64,000 bases of DNA, taken from a virus. Taxonomy: Duplodnaviria > Caudoviricetes. The DNA is taken from positions 87,747-151,746 of the IMG/VR virus record IMGVR_UViG_3300033073_001516; one strand, 5' to 3'. Below, in pieces: positions 49,526 to 57,220 of this stretch. Under the pieces are notes generated by a model. It saw nothing but the letters and a program-made list of their open reading frames with translations, was not told the DNA's origin and searched no databases. Numbering within the stretch: position 1 is the first letter of the stretch; every line of letters starts with the position of its first letter. The position numbers were made by a program, and so were the translations under genes.

Positions 49526-49602
49526 TGGTAGGCTCGGTCGGAGTCGAACCGACGACCTCCTCCGTATCAGAGAGGCGCTCTAACCAACTGAGCTACGAGC
49601 CT
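49526..49602 (-). tRNA. tRNA-Ile(GAU)
   Basis: Loop CTGATAC, CCA. Confidence 0.93.
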
Positions 49603-49617
49603 TCTTCTATCTATATA

Positions 49618-49929
49618 TCAACCGGCCGAAGTATCGGAAGAGCTAGTATCGCTGGGAGTCCCAGTGTCGGTTGCCCCTGTATCGGTGCCGGTATCAACGG
49701 GGGTCGAGGTGTCACTGCCGGTATCTGCACCGGTGTCTACCGGAAGGGAGGTGTCTGCGGTGTCACCACTGCTCGTGTCAGCAGTGTCCACAGGGTCGGA
49801 GGTTCCAGTGTCAGCAGCTGTGTCCTGAGTCGAGGTGTCACCAGGACAATCGATGTTCTTGACGTGCTCCTCCTCCTTACCACATGCCGTGAGTAGAAGG
49901 AGCGGAAGAGCGAGAATTACGTTACGCAT
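49618..49929 (-). CDS. Lipoprotein with Asp-Thr (DTG/DTS/DTA) repeats
   Basis: MRNVILALPLLLLTAC lipobox followed by many DT repeats. Confidence 0.8.
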   Translation of the reverse strand: MRNVILALPLLLLTACGKEEEHVKNIDCPGDTSTQDTAADTGTSDPVDTADTSSGDTADTSLPVDTGADTGSDTSTPVDTGTDTGATDTGTPSDTSSSDTSAG

Positions 49930-49973
49930 TGATTTACCTTTGTTTGAGATGCGCATGCGCGCGTTGTTGGAGG

Positions 49974-50049
49974 TGGCGGGGCGTGAGGGAATCGAACCCC
50001 CACAAGGCAGGGTAGAAACCTGCTGCACTATCCGTTATGCTAACGCCCC
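49974..50049 (-). tRNA. tRNA-Arg(UCU) copy 1
   Basis: Loop TTTCTAC, A20, G73, CCA. Confidence 0.9.
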
Positions 50050-50163
50050 AAAATCCTTGTCTTTCCAAGGTGTCAAATCGGATTTAGCTAGCTGGATCAC
50101 ATAGAAGTCCTGTTAATTCAGGAAAACCCAGATAACTAAAACAGTCCTTACGATTATTGGAAT

Positions 50164-50239
50164 TGGTTGGGGTGGTGGGGATTGAACCCACGACCTCGGC
50201 TTTATAAGAACCGCACTCTGACCACTGAGTTACACCCCA
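50164..50239 (-). tRNA. tRNA-Ile(UAU)
   Basis: Loop CTTATAA, A73, CCA. Confidence 0.9.
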
Positions 50240-50307
50240 ATAAGATGCAGGGTCAATTCGTGAGTGACTTATGTTCGTCAAGCCGCGGCCTAACTTAGAT
50301 TTTGAAG

Positions 50308-50384
50308 TGGCGACCGGTGAGAGACTCGAACTCCCAACCTAGAGGGTAGAAACCTCTTGCTCTATCCAATTGAGCTAACCGGCC
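50308..50384 (-). tRNA. tRNA-Arg(UCU) copy 2
   Basis: Loop TTTCTAC, A20, G73, CCA. Confidence 0.92.
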
Positions 50385-50409
50385 TTACATTCATACTATA
50401 CACTGGTTG

Positions 50410-50730
50410 TCAGGAGTTTGCATGATTCCTGATTTTTTCCACCAACTCTTTTACCGCATTCTCACTGTTTCCAACAACGCGATCGATCTCCAAGCTGTTG
50501 TGGTATCCGATCACGGTGGGAAGAGACATTACGTCAGCCTCGGCGGCGAAGTTTCTTGCATCATCGATGTCAACGTAAGCGAAAACAACGTCTGAATTAT
50601 CAACGGAGATCTTCTCGATCTTCGGCTTCAAGTGCTTGCAGGGCATGCACCACGATGCTCCGACCTGGACAACAACGTGAGAGTTGTTATCGATAAGATC
50701 TCGAATGTTATACTCATTACACAGCTTCAT
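50410..50730 (-). CDS. Thioredoxin
   Basis: ASWCMPCK, VDID, VMSLPT; start moved to MKLC. Confidence 0.9.
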   Translation of the reverse strand: MKLCNEYNIRDLIDNNSHVVVQVGASWCMPCKHLKPKIEKISVDNSDVVFAYVDIDDARNFAAEADVMSLPTVIGYHNSLEIDRVVGNSENAVKELVEKIRNHANS

Positions 50731-51265
50731 TGACCTCTTCCTCTTTATCTTCTTCAATAATCTCATTACCCCAGCACGTCCAGCCGGGACGTGTACGACG
50801 TGCAAACATCTCGAGGTAAGGTCCAACGCTTCTACGCTCTACAAGCTCTGTGAAAGCTTCAGGCTTCTTAGAGTGCTTTGTTCGATTAGCTACAATGAGA
50901 CTTGGAATTCCGTTATCAGCTGTGCGAGTCGCGAATCCATTTCCCTTTACACCGAAGAGGCAGAGCTCGTGCTGACCTCTGAAGTAGCGACCGATTCCGA
51001 TTCTCTGCTTTGCCCACGCGATATTGGTGATGTATCGAAAACCCAGTTGGTCCATGAGCCAGAGACCATCCTTGAGATAGGAGTTTGTGACCCACATGTA
51101 GAGATGTGCATTCTCATCAATCTGTGACCAATGCTTGCACGATGTGATCACATCTGGCATCTGCTCTGTCTTAAGGAGAGGGTAGTGTCGATCTGCGCCT
51201 CTCTTGATCTTACCACCACCAGCTTCATTCCAGGGTGGATCCATGACGATAGTTCGAAAGGTCAT
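50717..51265 (-). CDS. MT-A70 family adenine methyltransferase
   Basis: DPPW, LYMWVTN, HSKKP, LEMFAR. Confidence 0.92.
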   Translation of the reverse strand: MTFRTIVMDPPWNEAGGGKIKRGADRHYPLLKTEQMPDVITSCKHWSQIDENAHLYMWVTNSYLKDGLWLMDQLGFRYITNIAWAKQRIGIGRYFRGQHELCLFGVKGNGFATRTADNGIPSLIVANRTKHSKKPEAFTELVERRSVGPYLEMFARRTRPGWTCWGNEIIEEDKEEEVNEAV

Positions 51266-51301
51266 TCGTCTTTCCTTAATCTTCGGGTTGACTTAGTTCA
51301 A

Positions 51302-51415
51302 TTCCCACCCCTCAACCCTGCTGGATGGAACCGATGTTCCAAACTTTTGACCGTGCTTACGCAGGGTGTCCCCGGTTGCGAGGGATGCCGGTTATCCGGC
51401 GATCTGGGGCGGGAA
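51302..51415 (-). ncRNA. Candidate structured RNA (multi-branch) downstream of tRNA-Asn
   Basis: Closing stem TTCCCGCCCC/GGGGTGGGAA enclosing at least four further helices. Confidence 0.55.
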
Positions 51416-51417
51416 AA

Positions 51418-51494
51418 TGGCGACCGAGGAGTGACTTGAACACTCGACCCTCAGATTAACAATCTGACGCTCTAACCAACTGAGCTACTCGGTC
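51418..51494 (-). tRNA. tRNA-Asn(GUU)
   Basis: Loop TTGTTAA, G73, CCA. Confidence 0.93.
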
Positions 51495-52021
51495 AATTTT
51501 CTTACTTCATTATCCTTCAATATCCCAAGTTGTACAAGGTCTTCGCCTTTTAGGACTATCAGTTTCAGAGGAAATTGACTCCACTTGGCTTCGTCTTTAG
51601 GAGTTGTGTAACCCTTGATCTCAACGTAGGAATCCATCTCCGGAATCCAAAAGTCTGGAGTGTAGTTTCTGGTCTTTCCCTCAAAAATGTACTGGAACTT
51701 CTCAGTTGGACGACGCCACTCAACATTCTTATCGTCGAGGTTCATCGCAAACTTGACTTCCCAGAGGCCGTGAAACTTCACTCCTTTGTACTCATGTGTC
51801 CTTGATTTTGAGAAAGAGAGGTGCCAACTGTCATTCTCTATTCTTTTAGAGACTGACTCTGCGATGTTCGCTCGATGCTTCTCGCTAAGAGGTCTACCAA
51901 TCTGCTTGGATCGAATCTTTTCTCTTGTCAAGACTTTCTTCGGATTCATATCGCAGCCAACTGTGTGACCTCCAAGTTTTCTTGGATCAAACTCTTTTTG
52001 GCAAAATTTGCATCTTCTCAT
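51485..52021 (-). CDS. Free-standing homing-endonuclease-like protein (Zn finger + NUMOD3-like + PD-(D/E)XK)
   Basis: CKFC..H...C, LSEKHRANIAES, WEVKFA, YTPDFWI...YVEIKGY; stop codon lies inside tRNA-Asn. Confidence 0.75.
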   Translation of the reverse strand: MRRCKFCQKEFDPRKLGGHTVGCDMNPKKVLTREKIRSKQIGRPLSEKHRANIAESVSKRIENDSWHLSFSKSRTHEYKGVKFHGLWEVKFAMNLDDKNVEWRRPTEKFQYIFEGKTRNYTPDFWIPEMDSYVEIKGYTTPKDEAKWSQFPLKLIVLKGEDLVQLGILKDNEVRKLTE

Positions 52022-52069
52022 GCAACCAACCTCTATCATTAACTATACAGTCGGTTGCTTCTTATGAAG

Positions 52070-52144
52070 TGGAGCGAAAGACGGGATTCGAACCCGCGAC
52101 CAACAGCTTGGAAGGCTGTGACTCTACCCCTGAGTTACTTTCGC
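52070..52144 (-). tRNA. tRNA-Gly(UCC)
   Basis: Loop CTTCCAA, U73, CCA. Confidence 0.95.
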
Positions 52145-52149
52145 GTTGA

Positions 52150-52246
52150 TGAACATGGAGACCCGGAGCTCGTACAGCGTCTGCCTTCCCGGTTCAGCTG
52201 TGTTCCCCATTTGCATGGGATACTGTACACCCGCTGTCCATGTTCA
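52150..52246 (-). ncRNA. Candidate structured RNA between tRNA-Arg(CCU) and tRNA-Gly
   Basis: 10-bp closing stem TGAACATGGA/TCCATGTTCA, inner GTACAG/CTGTAC, CCCAT-GCAA-ATGGG GNRA hairpin. Confidence 0.5.
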
Positions 52247-52275
52247 ATATTTTATGTGAGTTGCCGTGATGTTAA

Positions 52276-52351
52276 TGGCCGGACCACCCCGACTCGAACG
52301 GGGAATCGGGCTTTAGGAGAGCCCTGCGATATCCTGTTTCACCATGGTCCG
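52276..52351 (-). tRNA. tRNA-Arg(CCU)
   Basis: Loop CTCCTAA, A20, G73, CCA. Confidence 0.88.
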
Positions 52352-52488
52352 ATTTACAGCTGCCGTTTCCGCCAGCCACATTCATATATTACCACTCCCT
52401 TGTCACATTTGCATACTTACTGCAAAATTTCTAGCCGCGGCTCGTCGTGGGCTCACGACACGAATACTTAGAATGAAAGAGGTGCTTT

Positions 52489-52863
52489 ATGCCAGTCAAC
52501 GTCAAGAGAATAATCCGTGAGGAACTCGCACGCATTCTAGAGGGTGACGTCGTCCACGTCAAGTTTGGTGGCGCGCAGAAGACAAAGGAACGCGAGCAGT
52601 CAAATTACCAGAGAGCTCTCGGAAAGGTCGTTGCTACTCTCGAAGAGATCATCAACAGTGAAGGAGCTGACATGGAGGACGACCAGATCGTTGAGCTCAC
52701 GAAGCTTCTCGATCACGTGACCGGTATGCAGGACGATGCTGCTGGTGAACCAGATGAGGAGGACGAGATGCCCTTCGGTCGTGGAGCTTCGGGCCGTGAG
52801 CGTGATGAGCTTGCAAGATTCAAGAAGTATATGAGCGACCGCGATAGCGACCGCGACTACTAG
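52489..52863 (+). CDS. Acidic hypothetical protein with leader motif
   Basis: MPVNVKRIIREELARILEG; ATACTTA and GAGG upstream. Confidence 0.8.
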   Translation: MPVNVKRIIREELARILEGDVVHVKFGGAQKTKEREQSNYQRALGKVVATLEEIINSEGADMEDDQIVELTKLLDHVTGMQDDAAGEPDEEDEMPFGRGASGRERDELARFKKYMSDRDSDRDY

Positions 52864-52876
52864 TCGGATTACGATT

Positions 52877-53584
52877 ATGCCGTCCGCGAAAGATTTCACG
52901 CGAGCATTCGAACGTGCGACAGAAAGATCATCGAGATACGATGAATTTAGAAGCATGCTTCAATCGCTCGAGGGCAGCCTGAATGCAGACTCAAAGTCAG
53001 CTTCAATTAAACTCAACACCGACAAAAAGGGATCGGACAGTAGAGTCGTTGAAGATGCTGTCCGTGAGAAATTCGGTGATGATTTAAAAAGAAGCAGATA
53101 CCCTGACGCTCTTTTCGGAAATTTGCCCGTAGAGGTGAAGCACACCACCTCGGGATTCGGAAAGCTACCCACCGATTCATACGGATTGACAAATACCGAT
53201 CAAAAATGGTATCTTTTCGTCAAAGGATCGGTTGATAGGGTCAAAGATGAGATCTTCACCGCTTGGATGATGAGATCTGATGAGCTGTATCGGGAGATGA
53301 TATCGCTGCTTCGCGGAACAAATCAAGAGTCTCTATTCCCTCATAAGGATCTCAGCGCGATCGACCCGCAGTCTGACACAGCACTGAAAGATATAGAGCA
53401 GGAGATACACGACATCGCTAGTTCGTTGTCGTTGTCGATCCTCAGAAAAGCGAAAGGTCAATCCGAAAAGGACGTACCCGAGACGATGAGCCTCAGCAAG
53501 AGAGTGGGAATCAACAGGGTGAGATTCGATGTTAAGTTCGAATCTAAGCTTCGTAAGATAATCGCCGATATAATCAACGATTAG
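52877..53584 (+). CDS. PD-(D/E)XK restriction-endonuclease-like protein
   Basis: YPDALFGNLPVEVKHT; C-terminal FESKLRKIIADIIND. Confidence 0.55.
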   Translation: MPSAKDFTRAFERATERSSRYDEFRSMLQSLEGSLNADSKSASIKLNTDKKGSDSRVVEDAVREKFGDDLKRSRYPDALFGNLPVEVKHTTSGFGKLPTDSYGLTNTDQKWYLFVKGSVDRVKDEIFTAWMMRSDELYREMISLLRGTNQESLFPHKDLSAIDPQSDTALKDIEQEIHDIASSLSLSILRKAKGQSEKDVPETMSLSKRVGINRVRFDVKFESKLRKIIADIIND

Positions 53585-55235
53585 TCTTGGAGGTGTCATC
53601 CTCTACGTTCTCTTCACCTTGCTCATCTTCTGCAACAGCAAAATTTGGATTTCCCATAGCTGCGAGTCGTTGTACGATCTTTTTGTACAGCTCACTGCTC
53701 TCTGGAATGTTTGAAAGGGGCGCTGCGACGGGAATGCCAGACCTTCTACGACCCGTGTAGTTCTTCTCGTGAGTGTGCTCACGTGCTTCCTGGCTTCTTA
53801 TGACTAGAAGCGGAGCTCCGTAAATCGCTATGGGGGGATTCGGCATGTTCGATATGCGATCAAAAGCCCGTCGCATCTCACGTAGTGTGATGCCCGATTC
53901 CATGTTATCATCTGCTATGATGGCAATATGCAGGAATTCTGGAAGCGTGCTCTCATCAGCCCGCACGAAGTCAGATATGTGCTTTCGTTGCATTGAGGGC
54001 ACCACACTGATCGAAAAATGCGGCTTGTTTCCGATTTTCTGCTGCCACTTTGGAACATCGGAAGACGTTTTTTCTTCAAAATCTTTGATAAGATCGCTGA
54101 CGGTCACAAGTTGTGGGACACCGCGATTGCGGTTCCAAGATTTCCATCTTTTCTCTATGTAAGGACTGAGTCCCGACAGATCATCTTGAGTAATCGTCGA
54201 AAGATCAAGCTCGAGCTCACCCAAGGGATTGAGATTAGCTCCGAGCAAGTTCAGCTGATCGGTGAACTGCTTAATGAGGCTTCGATCAGCTTTTATTCTC
54301 GGAGATTGAGACGCCGGAATTTTGCCAAAAGAGCGATTAACGTCAACGTCAGTGGATGTTAAGCGACCGGCGCTCACTGAGCTCAAGCTTGGAATCTTGA
54401 ACTCGTTGATCTTTGAGATGCACTCGTTCACTCTCTTGCGAACTTTCTTATACGCATTAATTACGTAATCTGGAAACACACCGGGCTTCGCTTCGTTGGC
54501 CTCTATCCTCTTTTTCGCGACCTCTCGGGCCGCCATGATCGCATCTTTATAATTTCTAACGTTGAATAGAGGGTAGAAATCACCGACCGCCCTCGGGTCT
54601 CTGAAAAGCGAATCGAAAATGTTTTTTATTTCGATGGCGCATTCTTCATAAGCTTGCGCTGAAAATCTTTCTTTGACAGATCTAGCGCGATCTTTAAGCC
54701 TAGACTTGATATAGGTCGCGACGTTCTGCCGAAGGCTTTCCGCGTAATCGGCTGCGTGTTGAGAGGACGAGGGCGTCACGTAGATCGAGATTCTCGCATC
54801 TTTTGCTTCGACCGGAAGTTCTCCATCCCTTATCTTTCTGTCTATATCATCGATAATCGACTTCGCGATAATCTGTGATCCATCAGAGATGTATGCCTGC
54901 ATGTCTTGCTCGGGAACCGTGTAGACAGTGTCAGTCTTACCCTTCAGGGCTTCGAGAACGTCTTCAAGGTGAGACGGGTATCTCTCGTCATCACGTCCGG
55001 GAGCATTATTGCTAAATGAAAAAGCCGAGCGGATTGGAAACCCGCCCGGAAAATCCTGACTGAATTTTTCGTCCGATGTGTACGCGCTGCTGCCCTTTTT
55101 TACGAAGTGAACATCATTGAGATCCCAGGAGAGAGGAATCTGATCACCAGGCTTGACACCTGATAGGTCTCCAATCTTAAATCCTTCATTGACAAGGCAA
55201 GATCTGACAATATTTCTGAGAGCTCTTTCGGTCAT
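53574..55235 (-). CDS. Phosphoribosyltransferase-fold protein with leader motif
   Basis: IAIIADDNMESGITL PRPP-loop-like motif; N-terminus MTERALRNIVRSCLVNEG. Confidence 0.55.
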   Translation of the reverse strand: MTERALRNIVRSCLVNEGFKIGDLSGVKPGDQIPLSWDLNDVHFVKKGSSAYTSDEKFSQDFPGGFPIRSAFSFSNNAPGRDDERYPSHLEDVLEALKGKTDTVYTVPEQDMQAYISDGSQIIAKSIIDDIDRKIRDGELPVEAKDARISIYVTPSSSQHAADYAESLRQNVATYIKSRLKDRARSVKERFSAQAYEECAIEIKNIFDSLFRDPRAVGDFYPLFNVRNYKDAIMAAREVAKKRIEANEAKPGVFPDYVINAYKKVRKRVNECISKINEFKIPSLSSVSAGRLTSTDVDVNRSFGKIPASQSPRIKADRSLIKQFTDQLNLLGANLNPLGELELDLSTITQDDLSGLSPYIEKRWKSWNRNRGVPQLVTVSDLIKDFEEKTSSDVPKWQQKIGNKPHFSISVVPSMQRKHISDFVRADESTLPEFLHIAIIADDNMESGITLREMRRAFDRISNMPNPPIAIYGAPLLVIRSQEAREHTHEKNYTGRRRSGIPVAAPLSNIPESSELYKKIVQRLAAMGNPNFAVAEDEQGEENVEDDTSKTNR

Positions 55236-55259
55236 CGCGTAACTAATTATTCGATTCTC

Positions 55260-56072
55260 TTATCTTTTCGTATCCTTTTCGATCTCGTTGAGAGCCCAAT
55301 CGACCTCGTACGTGAAGGAGCCACCGTAACGCCGCTCTTCGAGAGAGTCGTTCCACTTTCCGATGAAGAAGATGAGATCCTCCTTTCGGACCAGGCCGCG
55401 CGCCCTAAGTTTCTTCACGCTGTGACTCACGCCCAGAAGGTGTTGCGTCGTCCAGTCACCTTCACCGAAGTTGTTCGCCGCATGAGCCAGCCATCCAGTC
55501 AGGGCTTCATAAGAATCGTCAGTGAGGCTCTCGAGACCTCGATACTTCAGATACTTCAGGATACGACTTCCGAGAAATGGAGTGTCATTGTGACCGATGC
55601 GAAGCTGTCGACGACTCTCGATTTCGAACCAATCCTGTGGGATGACAACGTACTGATGGTTGATCGCAACTCGACAGTTGACGATATCGAAGCTTGAGAG
55701 AGTTTCCTCGATTGTGGGTCGAATGAGATTCGGATCATCAACGAATTGCACTTTCACTGAATCGTGAAGTTCCTTCGCGAAGCCGGCCTGGCTGGGACGA
55801 GCTGACTTCGGGATCGAAGCAGCTGCGTCCTCGGTGCTATTGAAGAAGACATCGATGTCCCCTCGAGGTACGTACTCGTCTATTTGACACACAGGCCTGA
55901 AGTATTGCTCGACTGGTCGATTTAACATGAGGTGACGCGCGAAACCACCGCAGATCCAGCCACGATTGGCTAACGCTTCATCGATGACGGACACCTTCTC
56001 AAGAGTTTTCCTGAGATTGGCGTAAGAATTAGCGGTGAGAGCTGATTCGAGCGGGATGAAATTGTAGTTCAC
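55260..56072 (-). CDS. Nucleotidyltransferase (polyA-polymerase/CCA head-like)
   Basis: WICGGFAR, GDIDVFF, LSSFDIVNC. Confidence 0.75.
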   Translation of the reverse strand: MNYNFIPLESALTANSYANLRKTLEKVSVIDEALANRGWICGGFARHLMLNRPVEQYFRPVCQIDEYVPRGDIDVFFNSTEDAAASIPKSARPSQAGFAKELHDSVKVQFVDDPNLIRPTIEETLSSFDIVNCRVAINHQYVVIPQDWFEIESRRQLRIGHNDTPFLGSRILKYLKYRGLESLTDDSYEALTGWLAHAANNFGEGDWTTQHLLGVSHSVKKLRARGLVRKEDLIFFIGKWNDSLEERRYGGSFTYEVDWALNEIEKDTKR

Positions 56073-56074
56073 GC

Positions 56075-56152
56075 TTACTCCCGACCGCGAAGGATGGTCA
56101 CGATGAGACCCACAATGGCTGCGATGAGGGCGAGAATCCAGAACTTTCGCAT
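56075..56152 (-). CDS. 25-aa single-pass membrane peptide (not in ORF track)
   Basis: MRKFWILALIAAIVGLIVTILRGRE with AAGGAGG RBS and its own promoter. Confidence 0.7.
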   Translation of the reverse strand: MRKFWILALIAAIVGLIVTILRGRE

Positions 56153-56203
56153 GATTTCCTCCTTACAGTATCAGTATACTACTTCCAGCCGAGCGTTGCA
56201 CGA

Positions 56204-56929
56204 TTACTTGGGAGCACGAACCAGCAGGCCGGGAACGTTGACGTTCAGGGGACCATCAGCAGCGAGAACCTCAACGTACACGTCACCACGTGGGTTGAAC
56301 TTGGGCTCGCTCATGATCGTGACCGGGGTACCCGAGCGTGTCCAGCGCAGCGCCCCCACCGGATTCTTACCATTCTCGTATTCAGCGACAGGGCCCTTGA
56401 AGTTATCCCGTACGTACAACCAATCATCGTGTGAGATCTTATCCTCCTTGGCCCAGCGTCCGAAGATCGCGTCAAGTCGACGGGAGATCGCAGGTCGGGC
56501 TGACCAGTAGACGAATGAGGAGAAGCGCTTGCGAGCCTCGAGGCCGACTAGCAGGTGCCGCTGCCCGGCGTCAAGCTCAACATCGCCTACGTTATCGTTC
56601 ACCTGCTTCCGGAGACGTTCGAGCTCGGTCTTCTTGTAATCCGAGAGGGTCCAGCCGACGCTCACGCACCGAAGGATCTCGGAGAGTGTCTCGATGGTGT
56701 CTTGACGATTCGAGCGTTTGATGAGATCCTCGATCTCGCTGACAAGAGCGGTGACAGACTCCGGATTACCCTTCGAGATGATCTCCTCGAGCCAGGTGAT
56801 GCCACGACCACGAGGCATACGACCCTCGGCGGCGACGCTGCGTAGGAAACGACCCGAGCTCGAATTCGCCAGACCACACTTCTCGTAACGATCCGCGAGC
56901 TCCCGAACTTGATCCATCGTGACTTCCAT
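56204..56929 (-). CDS. Hypothetical early protein
   Basis: GGAGG before MEVTMDQ; RTGCAA-type promoter upstream. Confidence 0.75.
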   Translation of the reverse strand: MEVTMDQVRELADRYEKCGLANSSSGRFLRSVAAEGRMPRGRGITWLEEIISKGNPESVTALVSEIEDLIKRSNRQDTIETLSEILRCVSVGWTLSDYKKTELERLRKQVNDNVGDVELDAGQRHLLVGLEARKRFSSFVYWSARPAISRRLDAIFGRWAKEDKISHDDWLYVRDNFKGPVAEYENGKNPVGALRWTRSGTPVTIMSEPKFNPRGDVYVEVLAADGPLNVNVPGLLVRAPK

Positions 56930-56983
56930 CGTGCCCTCCATATGCAATCATATTATCATGGTCACGGGTAGGTTGCACGATTT

Positions 56984-57220
56984 CTAGCCCAGGTTCACCC
57001 TTATATCAGTGATCCTGCTGCGAGATTTTTCTGTTGGAGTCCCAGCTGCGTCGGTCTCTAGAACTGCGAGTGCCCACATCTTACCGTGATTCGGGCGAAT
57101 CTTCATGATATCCGACCTGATTCTCATCAGGAGCTCCTCATCTTCATGAGGGACGGAACCTGGGATCGTCGAGTAATAGGTCGTATTGGTGATCGTGAAG
57201 AGGCAATATACTGGATTCAT
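56984..57220 (-). CDS. Hypothetical protein
   Basis: Overlapping start/stop with the upstream gene. Confidence 0.45.
   Translation of the reverse strand: MNPVYCLFTITNTTYYSTIPGSVPHEDEELLMRIRSDIMKIRPNHGKMWALAVLETDAAGTPTEKSRSRITDIRVNLG

Noticed and set aside
49974-50384. Amber-suppressor (CUA) reading of the two TTTCTAC loops, implying recoding
   Set aside because: With 5-bp stems the 7-nt loop centres on TCT; A20 and G73 are Arg identity elements; TAG terminates many conserved genes normally
52150-52246. SRP RNA or c-di-AMP riboswitch (GCUGAA, CCGGGAAGG)
   Set aside because: Lacks the SRP CAGG/AGCA symmetric loop and the ydaO pseudo-symmetric core; left unassigned
45980-52471. Short ORF-track entries overlapping tRNA genes (e.g. 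45980-46168, 46660-46863, 50084-50281, 52055-52471)
   Set aside because: Translations of tRNA sequence
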